Positions 36,816-50,108 of a stretch of 64,000 bases of DNA are shown one piece after another. Position numbers and translations under genes: made by a program. This DNA is from Thermoplasmata archaeon (lineage in GTDB: Archaea > Thermoplasmatota > Thermoplasmata > RBG-16-68-12 > JAFNFQ01). The stretch lies in the NCBI GenBank assembly GCA_041489255.1, contig JBGPQV010000001.1, positions 10,596 to 74,595 of the forward strand. The letters are read 5' to 3'. The notes beneath the pieces were generated by a model. The model was not told the DNA's origin. It worked only from the letters and a program-made list of their open reading frames with translations, and did no database searches. Positions within the stretch are counted from its first letter, which is position 1, and each line of letters begins with the position of its first letter.

Positions 36816-38188
36816 CCCTCCCAGACCAGCTTGCCTTCTTTGTCGAGAACGAATGTCCTCTTCGCAAGCATCGACCTCCCCTCGACTATCGTGAACCTCC
36901 TGTTCCCTGCAACCCTCCACTTGCCGAACTTGCCGGAGAATGCGCTCTGGGACTTGACTCGAGCCACATCTGCGTCATCTACAGCCACGATCGTCAGCGA
37001 CCTGCATGTGCTGCACGTTTTCCCCTTTGCCGCAACACATAGGAAACAATACCTCTGACTGCATCTCTCGCATCTCGCGACGAACGAGCCACTCGCCTTC
37101 TTGCCGCAGGAGGGGCAGTCGACCACATGATCCGGGCAGTAGATGCCGAGGCCGAAATCATCTCTGACCGCATGAAGCTCGCATAGCAACTTGCCGCATT
37201 GAGCGCACTTATCTGAAACCCGGAGATCCTCGGCGCATGATTGACAGGACATGCGGTCGCAGACTGCACATTTCCGTTCGCACCTCACGCAAACGACGTG
37301 CCCCTCGTCGCACAGCCCGAGTTCGTTCATCTCCGTCCCGCAGGCGTCACACTTTGGCGGCGGTATCTCCAAACTGACCTCGTCGTACTGCAGCTCGAGC
37401 TCCCGGCCCTTCTTTCGCCCGGTGAGGTGCACCGCCATCTTCACGGTCGGGACAATGATGGTCCTCACTCCGACCAGATTCACTTTGGCGTCTAGGCTGT
37501 ACTTCAGCCGCGCCTCCTCGAGCCTCTTCTCTTCCTCCGCGGCGTACGCCTCGATCGCCGCCTTGGCCCGTTCGGGGTACTTCGACTCCTGCGCCTCGCG
37601 CGCGAGGCCGGCGAAGTAGTCCTTGATCCTCTGCTCCTCCTCGGCCAATCTCCCTCTCGCGCTTTCCCGGCAGTCCGCCACGGCCTTGGCGATTCTTTTC
37701 TCGATGCTCTCGCACGCTGCAATGTACAATGATCGAATGTCTCGTTCTCCCTCCGGAAACTCCTCAGGAAGAGCCAACGCCTCCTCGAAGAACAAATCGC
37801 TGACCTGATGCTCGCGGAGACTTACGGAGTTCAACAGCACGGTCTCCAGAAGTTCAGTTTTCTCGTCGGTGATCATCGTAGCCCTGAACGTGAACAGCGT
37901 GTAAGGAACGAGATCCCTCTTGCTTGTCGAGACCTCGGGGGTCGCATTCCTGAATGACAGGTTTGCGGCAAGCACATCCTTCTCCGACGAGCCCTCTCCG
38001 GCCTTCACTCTCGCGACACAATGATGGCCCCTGCTGCTCGCGTCCTCGATTATCTTGTCGAGCAGGAGGCTCCCCGGGGTCAGCAGCTCGACGCCGTCGT
38101 ACCTCTCCGCAAGTGCGGGGTCAAATGTGACTCGCAGGACAGCGGCGTTGAGCGCCGCTCGGCGCTCGGTGGGTATCTCATACCTCAC
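36812..38188 (-). CDS. Coiled-coil protein with C-terminal array of about eight CxxC pairs (multi-zinc-ribbon)
   Basis: This is the real coding part of the 944-aa ORF. It has an N-terminal globular region, a central E/K/A-rich helix, then CDAC..CVRC..CAVC..CQSC..CAQC..CPSC..CERC..CFLC..CSTC. The start is uncertain; GTG 38188 is the first canonical start. Confidence 0.65.
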   Translation of the reverse strand: MRYEIPTERRAALNAAVLRVTFDPALAERYDGVELLTPGSLLLDKIIEDASSRGHHCVARVKAGEGSSEKDVLAANLSFRNATPEVSTSKRDLVPYTLFTFRATMITDEKTELLETVLLNSVSLREHQVSDLFFEEALALPEEFPEGERDIRSLYIAACESIEKRIAKAVADCRESARGRLAEEEQRIKDYFAGLAREAQESKYPERAKAAIEAYAAEEEKRLEEARLKYSLDAKVNLVGVRTIIVPTVKMAVHLTGRKKGRELELQYDEVSLEIPPPKCDACGTEMNELGLCDEGHVVCVRCERKCAVCDRMSCQSCAEDLRVSDKCAQCGKLLCELHAVRDDFGLGIYCPDHVVDCPSCGKKASGSFVARCERCSQRYCFLCVAAKGKTCSTCRSLTIVAVDDADVARVKSQSAFSGKFGKWRVAGNRRFTIVEGRSMLAKRTFVLDKEGKLVWEG

Positions 38189-38268
38189 TACCCCGGGTAC
38201 GTCCTCGAACCTCCCCGCCCCAAGCTTCTCGAAGTAAGTGCCTATGAAGGATCTCAGTTCAGGCTGCC

Positions 38269-40023
38269 TCAGGTCGACCCCTCCACCGCCAGAGATGAAC
38301 CCAGGAGGTTCTCCTGATAGGACTTGACCGCGGCGTACCGCCTCTTCGCATCGAGCAGTTCCCCGCCAAACCTCTCCAGCTCCCTCCTTCTCTCGGCCTC
38401 GCTCTCCATGGACCAGATTTCCATCAGCACCTCCTCGAAGCTCCTCCTGTCCTCGACGCTGCCGAGGATGAGATCGAGCTCGCCAACGACCAGCTCGAAC
38501 ATGTCGATCTTCTTGTCGAGAAGCTCGAGGATGTACTCGTCGATCGTCTTGTCGGTCCAGAAGCTGACTATCTGACACTCCTTCTCCTGGCCGACGCGGT
38601 GTATCCTGCCTATCCTCTGCTCGAGCCTCAGCGGGTTCCATGGCAGGTCGTAGTTGACCAGCTTGTTCGCGAACTGCAGGTTGCGCCCCTCGCCGCCAGC
38701 CTCGGTGCTGAGGAACACCTTCGCCGCTCCCTTGAACTTCCTGACGCTCTCCTCCTTCGTCCACGCGTCCATGCCGCCGTGGAAGATCGAATGCGTGAAG
38801 CCCTCCTGAGTGAGCAGCCCATCCAGGTAGCTGAGCGTCGGCAGGTACTGCGTGAAGACGAGCACCTTGTCGTCGAACTTGCCGAGGAACTCGACGAGCT
38901 TCAGGCCTTTCTCGTGGCGGTCCACAGAAACCGCCATATCGCGCAGTCTCGACAACTGCTCCCTCTCCTCGAAGGCGAACTGCTCGCTCTCGCTCAACCT
39001 CCTCAGCGTCGCCGCCGCGGCGAAACTGCTGCTGCCCACCTCCTTCTGGAGAATCATCAGCGCGAGGCGATTGATCGATGTCTCCTTCCTGTCCAAGCGA
39101 GGATATCTGGAGCGAATGAATGAGGTCACCTCGTCGTAAAGTCTGCGCTCGCCGGGCGAGAATGTTATGCGGGCGAGGTGCGCCCTCCTTGGCGGGAGCG
39201 TCAGGACGTTCCCCCGCCTGTTCCTGATCATCACCTCGAACAGCAGGCCCCTGAGGTCGCCCACGTCCTTGGGCATGCGCTTGTCCCCCGCCGCCAGGAA
39301 CCTCTTCTTGAACTGCCCCCACGTCCCCATCTGCCCCGGCTTGAGCAGGGTGACCAGGTTGAACAGCTCCTCCAGGTCGTTCTGCACCGGCGTGGCGGTC
39401 AGGAGGAGGAGGTACTTCTTGCGGATGCCGTTGACGAACTTCCAGTTGAGCGTGAGGCGGTTCTTCAGCTTGTGCGCCTCGTCGATGATGACGAGGTCGA
39501 ACGTGATGCCCTCGATGTTCGCGGAATGGCGGGGCCTCTTCGCAGTGTCGAGCGAGCATATCAAACGATCGTGCCTCGCCCAGTCCTCCACCTCGTCGGT
39601 CACCTCGAAGGGGATCCCGAACTTCTCCTGCATCTCGTCCCGCCACTGCTCAGTCAATGAAGCTGGCACGAGGACGAGCACCTTCCTCACGAGACCCCTG
39701 ATCATCAGCTCCTTCGCGATCAGCCCGGCCTCAATCGTCTTCCCGAGGCCGACCTCGTCCGCGAGTATTGCCCTGCCCCTCAGCTCCCTGAGCACCTTGA
39801 GCGCCGTCTTGATCTGGAAGTCGTACTTGCGCAGGCCCCTGACGAGAGGCAGACACAGGAGCTCCTCGAATCCGGATTTCAGGCTGAGAGTCTGAGCGTC
39901 CAGATTGAGCAACCATGACTTCGAGTCCTCCACAATCCCGTCCTGCACCTCGTTGAGAATCGCGAAGTCTTCTGGAGAGAAACGGAGTTCCGGTACATGT
40001 CTGGGCACATACGCCTCAGTCAT
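38269..40023 (-). CDS. SNF2-family (SWI2/SNF2, RapA/Rad54-like) ATPase
   Basis: Motifs ADEVGLGKT, DEAHKLKN, LLLTATPVQN, LSTEAGGEGRNLQ and QRIGRIHRVGQ. Start placed at ATG 40023 (MTEAYVP), downstream of the nusA stop. Confidence 0.9.
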   Translation of the reverse strand: MTEAYVPRHVPELRFSPEDFAILNEVQDGIVEDSKSWLLNLDAQTLSLKSGFEELLCLPLVRGLRKYDFQIKTALKVLRELRGRAILADEVGLGKTIEAGLIAKELMIRGLVRKVLVLVPASLTEQWRDEMQEKFGIPFEVTDEVEDWARHDRLICSLDTAKRPRHSANIEGITFDLVIIDEAHKLKNRLTLNWKFVNGIRKKYLLLLTATPVQNDLEELFNLVTLLKPGQMGTWGQFKKRFLAAGDKRMPKDVGDLRGLLFEVMIRNRRGNVLTLPPRRAHLARITFSPGERRLYDEVTSFIRSRYPRLDRKETSINRLALMILQKEVGSSSFAAAATLRRLSESEQFAFEEREQLSRLRDMAVSVDRHEKGLKLVEFLGKFDDKVLVFTQYLPTLSYLDGLLTQEGFTHSIFHGGMDAWTKEESVRKFKGAAKVFLSTEAGGEGRNLQFANKLVNYDLPWNPLRLEQRIGRIHRVGQEKECQIVSFWTDKTIDEYILELLDKKIDMFELVVGELDLILGSVEDRRSFEEVLMEIWSMESEAERRRELERFGGELLDAKRRYAAVKSYQENLLGSSLAVEGST

Positions 40024-40201
40024 CCTTTGCGGGACTGATGCTTCGGAGACCTGATCAGAGGATTCCACATTTGCTGGAGATGAACGTGCCCCATCCAGTG
40101 TGCCACGTCTCAGATTCTGCACTCTCCTCGAAGTGGGTGGCTTTAGGCCAGATGCTGAGATAATGGTTTTGGCGGGGTGCGCGTCCGCAGCGCAGCGGCC
40201 A

Positions 40202-40627
40202 TCACGCAACGCTGACGCTCTCAATCGCGTGATGCCTTGCGATCAGGTCCCTGGCCATCCGGAGGTTCTTGCCCTCCTTCCCTATCGCGCGGCCCTTCTT
40301 GGTCGACTCGACCGTCACGGTCGCGTGCGTGACCCCGTCCCTGTCCTCAATCTCCACCTTCTTGACGTCGTACGCGTGGAAGACGTTCGCCACGAACTCC
40401 TCTGGTTTCTCCGAGAACTCGATGACCTGGATGTCCCTTTTTAAAAGAAGCCTAACGCGCGCGACAGTCTCCCCTTTCCTGCCTATTGCCTTGCTCGCCT
40501 CACCCTTGCCGACGACAAAGATGATCTTGTCCCCGGTGTCGACGCAGTCCATCACCGTGCACAAGGTGACATTCTGGAAGATCGTGACGTACCCTAACGT
40601 GTCCTCGTTGAAGGTCACCTGGCCCAT
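40202..40627 (-). CDS. nusA: Archaeal NusA-like protein (two KH domains)
   Basis: GRKGETV and GKEGKN GXXG KH motifs. 141 aa, in the conserved position after rpl30e. Confidence 0.9.
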   Translation of the reverse strand: MGQVTFNEDTLGYVTIFQNVTLCTVMDCVDTGDKIIFVVGKGEASKAIGRKGETVARVRLLLKRDIQVIEFSEKPEEFVANVFHAYDVKKVEIEDRDGVTHATVTVESTKKGRAIGKEGKNLRMARDLIARHHAIESVSVA

Positions 40628-40635
40628 GCTGACAC

Positions 40636-40908
40636 CTACAGGGACATTATCGTCGACTCGCCGGGGCTCAGCACGGCGAGCACGGCGACCGAATACGGCT
40701 TGCCGCACGCCGCCCCCAGGTCGAGGCTGGTCCCCTTGTATCTGTGTATCTTCACCGCGACATCTTTCAGCCAGGCGAATTCCGGGCAGTTGGAGGCGAT
40801 TACCAACATCTTCGCCGTCTTCTTCCTGACGGCTTTCTCGGACCTCCTCGTGCCTATGACCACGTCGCCGGTATCGACCGCCTGTTTGATGACCATGCTC
40901 TCGTCCAT
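40636..40908 (-). CDS. rpl30e: Ribosomal protein L30e
   Basis: 90 aa (VIGTRRSEKAVRKKTAKMLVIASNCP), in the conserved operon position. Confidence 0.9.
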   Translation of the reverse strand: MDESMVIKQAVDTGDVVIGTRRSEKAVRKKTAKMLVIASNCPEFAWLKDVAVKIHRYKGTSLDLGAACGKPYSVAVLAVLSPGESTIMSL

Positions 40909-40910
40909 GC

Positions 40911-45204
<4,294 letters not shown>

Positions 45205-45208
<4 letters not shown>

Positions 45209-48200
45209 TTCAAGTCCTCCAGTTGAAGGCGCATCGCAATTCCGAGCGAGAGCAGCTCGTCGAGCAGAAGTTTGAACGCGTAGCTCGTCTGCACAGGGTA
45301 GATGCGGGAGTTGTTGTCGCAGACGGGGCACCTGAGGTTCCCCTTCCTGTCCTTGATGGCGAAGTGACCGCACTCCGCCTCCCCGCAGACGTACTGTATC
45401 GTGCCGTCCGACTCGTCGAGCAAGCGGTCCTTGATGACCATCGCGGCGCCGTGGCCTATGAGACAGTCCCGCTCCATTTCGCCGAACCTCAAGCCGCCCT
45501 GGCGGGAGCGGCCTTCCGTCGGCTGCCGGGTGAGTATCTGCACGGGCCCTCGCGACCTCACGTGCAGCTTGCCGCTGACCATGTGGTGCAGCTTCTGGTA
45601 GTAGATGACACCGATGAAAATCTCGGCGGGGATGATCCTGCCCGTCATGCCGTCGTACATGACCTCCTTGCAGTTGCTCTTGAAGCCGTAGTCCTCGAGT
45701 TCCTTGCGCAGGGCCTCCTCTCTCTCGCCGCTGAAAGGCGTGCCGTCGACGAACCTCCCCTCCATGGCACCGACCTTCCCGCCAATCATCTCGAGGACGT
45801 GCGCGATTGTCATCCTCGAAGGGATGGCATGCGGGTTGATGATGAGGTCCGGCACGATCCCATGCTCTGTGAACGGCATGTCCTCCTGCTGGGCAATCAG
45901 CCCAATCACACCCTTTTGCCCATGACGGGAGGCGAACTTGTCGCCGAGCTCCGGCACCCTGAGGTCCCTGACCTTGACCTTGGCGAGCTTGCTACCGTTC
46001 TCGGACTCGGTGAGCATGACACTGTCGACCCAGCCGCTCTCCCCGTGCCTGACTGTTACGGACGTCTCGCGCCTCTTCTGCGGCGTGAGGAAGTCAGTCT
46101 CCTCCTCAAGGAAACGCGGCGGCGACGTCTTCCCTATGAGAACCTCTCCACCGTTGACCTGAACCTCTGGCGATATCAGACCGTCGTCCGGAGTGAGGCT
46201 CGCGTAGCTGAGGTCTGCGCGCGCTCCGCGAACATCGGGGGACGGGATCTCGAAGTGGTCCTCCTGCCCGCCGGGGTACCTGCGCTCCTCGGATCTGTAC
46301 GTCCTCATGAAGGACGAGCGACCGAGACCCCTGTCAATTGACGCCTTGTTCATCACGATGGCGTATTCCATGTTGTACCCGTGGTAGGACATGACCGCCA
46401 CGACGAAATTCTCGCCTGCCGGTCTCTCGTTGAAACTGACGAACTTCATCGCCTCGGTCTGGACCATAGGGACCTGCGGGTTGTGCAGCAGATGGCTTCT
46501 CGTGTCCGGCCTTATCCGGTAGTTGCTGGAGCCGAATCCGAGCGACTGCTTCGCCATGCCCGCGCCCATCGTGACCCTGGGTGACGAGTTGTGCTCCGGG
46601 TAAGGAACGAGGCCAGAGGCGACGCCGAGTATGACCAGCGGATCGATCTCGGCATGGGTGTTGTCCAGGGTGAGAGATGGCTTGACTCGGAACGACTTGC
46701 CGCACAGGCGGCACTCCAGTTCCACGTCGCCGTCCTCGCCCATGTTCGCCCACCTTACGTCGTTGCGCGATATCGGGCGGCGGCACTCCTTGCACTTCAG
46801 CGGGACCTCGTATGGATATATCGACACGAACGAGTCCTCTTCCTCCTCCGCGTCGATCCATTCAACCAGGCCGTTCCTGACCAGGTCGCTCCACTTCAGG
46901 CGTCCGGACTCCAGGTCCGTCAACTGCTTCGCCGTTATCAGCGGCTTGCCGTCCCTGACGACCATGAGGGGCCGCCTTATCCTCCCCTCGTCGCAGTTGA
47001 TCGTGACGTCGTTCATCATCTCGTCGTAGTGGATGTTCACCTCGTGGCTCAGCAGCCCGCTGCGCCTCCTTTCCCTGATTTCGGACACCAGCGTCGCGGG
47101 ATCATCGTGCAGTCCGACCAGGTCTCCGTTCACGTAGACCCTGGTCAGGTTCGTCTGCTGGCTCTTGACCTGCTTCGTGCCCAGGTCCGCCAGAAGCAGC
47201 TTGACCTCGTCCTCCGAGAAACCTTCCGAGACATCGATCACGAGGGCGCAGTTCTTCACCAGCCCGCAGTTCTGCCCTTCGGGGGTCTCGTTGGGGCACA
47301 GCCGCCCCCATTGCGTCGGATGCAAGTCCCTGGCCTCGAAGTGTGGCTGGCTGCGCGTGAGCGGGGATGTGATCCGCCTCAGGTGACTGAGCGCGCTGAT
47401 GTTGTTCGTCCTGTCTAAGAGCTGCGAGACTCCTGCCCTCCCGCCAACCCAATTGCCCGTGGCCAGGGCGTGAAGCAGCCTCTGGCTCAGCAGGTCCGGC
47501 CTGATCGCCGACGCGATCTTGATGTCCTTGCGGCGGGCATAGCTCCTCTCGAGCTGGTACTTGAGGTCCTTCACCAGGTTGGCGAACGCCACTCTGAACA
47601 GGTCCTCCATCAGGTCCCCCGCCAGCTTCAGTCTCTTGTTGGCGTAGTGGTCCTTGTCGTCCTCGCGCCTCTTGCCCAGGTAGAACTCCAGGACGGACCT
47701 GGCGGTTCTGCCTAGGAAGATCGCCTTCTTGATCCTGTCCTCCCTCGTGTCCCCGAGGTGGGGCAGCAAGCTCCTGTCGAGGATCGACTCGACCTTCTTT
47801 ATCCTGTACTCCTTCGCTTGACCCGTGGCAAACTTCTTCTCGAGGAAGCCGAGAGCGTCCTCCCTGGTGAAGATGCCGTTCGGCGGGTACTGTTTCTTGC
47901 TCTGGCACTCCTCTATGTTCGCGTAGAGGATGCTCGCCATCTCGGGAGTCGAGACGATAGCGTTGTAGATATCCTCGTCCTTTTCCATGCTCAGGGCCTT
48001 CATCAGGATAATCAGCGGAATCTGGCCGGACGCGGTCGGGACAGTCACTATGAGCATCCCGTCCTTCTTCATCTCGACGAGGGTGAGCGCACGGTAGCCC
48101 TCGCGCTGTGAGAACACCTTGGCCACTGGTATCTTGCGGCCGTACCTCTCGTTGTACTCAACGAGCACCCTGTTAGGTGCGAGGTCCTCCAGTGAAATTA

Positions 48201-48795
48201 GAACCCTCTCTGTGCCGCCAATGATGAAGTACCCGCCAGGGTCTGCGTGGTCTTCTCCCATCTTGACGAGCCTGTCGCGGAACTCCTGATCGGTGATTTC
48301 TCCATCTACCTCCAGGTTCTCCCTGTAGAGCGAGCACTTCTTGCTCTTTGTCATGATCGGCAGGTTGCCTATGTGCACCCTCTCCGGCTCCCTCTCGATC
48401 CCGTTCTCGATGACGGTGAAGTCGAGGTAGACAGGCGCCTGGTAGCTGAGGTTCCTCAGGCGCGCCTCCATCGGCGTGAGCGGATGCGTCGCCCCGTTCG
48501 CCTCCTTGACGATCGGCAGCGACACCGAGATGGTCGGCTTCGCCTCCATGTCGATCTTGCCCTTGTCGTCCCTCTTCCGCCCTATCCTGATCTCAATCGT
48601 GTCCCCCTCGGTGCGGTCCTCGTCCAGCTTGAACACGCCGCGCCTGTCGTCCTCCGGGGACGACCTCATGTTGTCCACTATGCGCTGCATCCTGCTGTTA
48701 GGGTTGTCGAGCGTCGGCAGGAAATCGTTGATGCTAGCTATGTGGTGGTTGACGATGCTCCTCTCGCGGAAAAACGCCTCGATAAGTTCTCTCAT
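45205..48795 (-). CDS. rpoB: DNA-directed RNA polymerase subunit B (unsplit)
   Basis: 1196 aa with [18 protein letters not shown] and a C-terminal Zn motif [12 protein letters not shown]. Confidence 0.97.
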
Positions 48796-48798
48796 GAC

Positions 48799-49068
48799 TC
48801 ACCTCCCCACGACGAGCCTGTACGCCTCCGACACACCAGCGGTCTCGCTGATCCTCGTGACCTTGATTATCGTGCCTTCGGGAATCGGCGCCTTCCTTGC
48901 CTTCTCCAGAACCTGTACGGCGGGGTCGATTCCCCTGATCTTCGGCAACTGGTCCTTGGTCACCCTGAGGGCCTTGAGGACTTCCTCGGATTCCTTGTCG
49001 GTCAAGACACGATGCTCTGGGACTAGCTTATGCTCTAGCACGTTGAACTTCAACGTGGACTCCTCCAT
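48799..49068 (-). CDS. rpoH: DNA-directed RNA polymerase subunit H
   Basis: 89 aa with the FNVLEHKLVPEHRVL signature. Start at the internal ATG. Confidence 0.9.
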   Translation of the reverse strand: MEESTLKFNVLEHKLVPEHRVLTDKESEEVLKALRVTKDQLPKIRGIDPAVQVLEKARKAPIPEGTIIKVTRISETAGVSEAYRLVVGR

Positions 49069-49108
49069 TGTCGGCGGGGGCGGGGTGCATTCTGCCTCGA
49101 CGCTGAAA

Positions 49109-49283
49109 CGGGCCCGCGGGGATTTTCGAAGCCCCACTTGTTTCTGGCAGGCAGGGCATTTTCGAACCCCGGACCACCCGGTTTCTTCACCAACGCAACC
49201 CTTTCGAGTTCCATCAGTTAAAAGCCGGATGCTCTATCTAGGGACGGTCTCTGAGACATCCAACCTAGCTGAGCTACGGGCCC
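49109..49283 (-). tRNA. tRNA-Lys(UUU) with three putative introns (about 49237..49263, 49183..49218, 49123..49160)
   Basis: Exons join to a canonical 74-nt cloverleaf: GGGCCCG-TA-GCTC-AGCTAGGTA-GAGC-A-TCCGG-CTTTTAA-CCGGG-TGGTC-CGGGG-TTCGAAT-CCCCG-CGGGCCC-G. 74 nt of exon plus 27+36+38 nt of intron equals the 175-nt span. Confidence 0.7.
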
Positions 49284-49490
49284 CCGGTATCAGCGCTGGA
49301 CACATGCGAACCCGTTCGAATCATTGACTCCTTAATAAGTTTTGCGGTTAGCCCCGTCCTGCAGGCCCTCATGGAGACGCACCAATTCTGGGCGCTTAGA
49401 CAATCCGCGCCTTCTCCGCGGCGATATCCGGGTCCCGCACCTCACGCAACGAAGGCAGACACAAGCGAACGAGGCTCGCGATTCCTTTCT

Positions 49491-49508
49491 CGAAGAGTTT
49501 AAGAGAGG
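49491..49508 (+). promoter_or_regulatory. BRE/TATA-like element, leaderless GTG start at 49528
   Basis: CGAAGAGTTTAAGAGAGG centred about 27 nt upstream of GTG 49528. Confidence 0.45.
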
Positions 49509-49527
49509 ATGTGTCTTCGCAGTTCTC

Positions 49528-49698
49528 GTGATTTCGCAGGAGAAGCGCTGCATCTCATGCGGCATAGTCCTCCACGGCCCCGGCACGACCTCGTTCCTGT
49601 GCCCGTCATGCGGGAAGAACGAAATCGGACGGTGCGCGCAGTGCAGGGACCAGAGCGTCATTTACGTGTGTCCTGTTTGCGGGTTCGAGGGGCCGTAG
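49528..49698 (+). CDS. Small Zn-ribbon protein (COG2888-like) preceding aEF-1beta
   Basis: 56 aa: CISCG...FLCPSCG...RCAQCR...[11 protein letters not shown]. Conserved pairing with EF-1beta. Confidence 0.8.
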   Translation: MISQEKRCISCGIVLHGPGTTSFLCPSCGKNEIGRCAQCRDQSVIYVCPVCGFEGP

Positions 49699-49704
49699 AA
49701 CGTC

Positions 49705-49965
49705 ATGGGCAAAGTTGCGGCGACCTACAGGATTCTTCCCGAGGGAACCGAGGTCGACCTGAAGAGTCTGGAGGACTCCGTGAAGAGGGTGCTGGGCTCC
49801 AAGCTCATCAAGATCGAGACCCAGCCGGTCGCATTCGGGCTCAAGGCGCTCATTGCCACCGCAATCTTCAACGACGCATCCGGCGAAGGTGAGGCCGTCG
49901 AGTCGAGTTTAAGCTCGCTCCCCGGAGTAAGCAGCGTTGAGATCATGGAAATGGGCCTCATCTAG
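49705..49965 (+). CDS. ef1b: Translation elongation factor aEF-1 beta
   Basis: 86 aa, MGKVAATYRILPEG...PVAFGLKAL pattern. Confidence 0.9.
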   Translation: MGKVAATYRILPEGTEVDLKSLEDSVKRVLGSKLIKIETQPVAFGLKALIATAIFNDASGEGEAVESSLSSLPGVSSVEIMEMGLI

Positions 49966-50108
49966 ATGCTTCGGCTCCCGAGACTCGGAAAGGATTTCCG
50001 CATCTGATTCCCAGCATGACAGCGCTACAATGTGTATCTTGCTCCAAGATACGTCTTCTGAGAGGACGGAAATAGAGCCCACCCCCGTGATATGACGGGG
50101 ATGTGTTA

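Noticed and set aside
38189-39646. N-terminal half (about 486 aa) of the 944-aa minus-strand ORF 36812..39646
   Set aside because: It overlaps, out of frame, the SNF2 gene, whose own frame shows every helicase motif. Its translation is Arg/Gly/Pro-rich low-complexity sequence typical of an off-frame in GC-rich DNA. Only the part downstream of the SNF2 stop looks real.
49109-49283. Interpretation as two tRNA fragments or a degraded pseudo-tRNA, because of the two TTCGAAAAT T-loop-like copies
   Set aside because: A single gene with three introns accounts for every nucleotide (74 nt of exon plus 101 nt of intron equals 175 nt). It gives canonical base-paired stems (one T-G wobble in the anticodon stem), so the split-intron model is preferred, pending BHB and RNA evidence.
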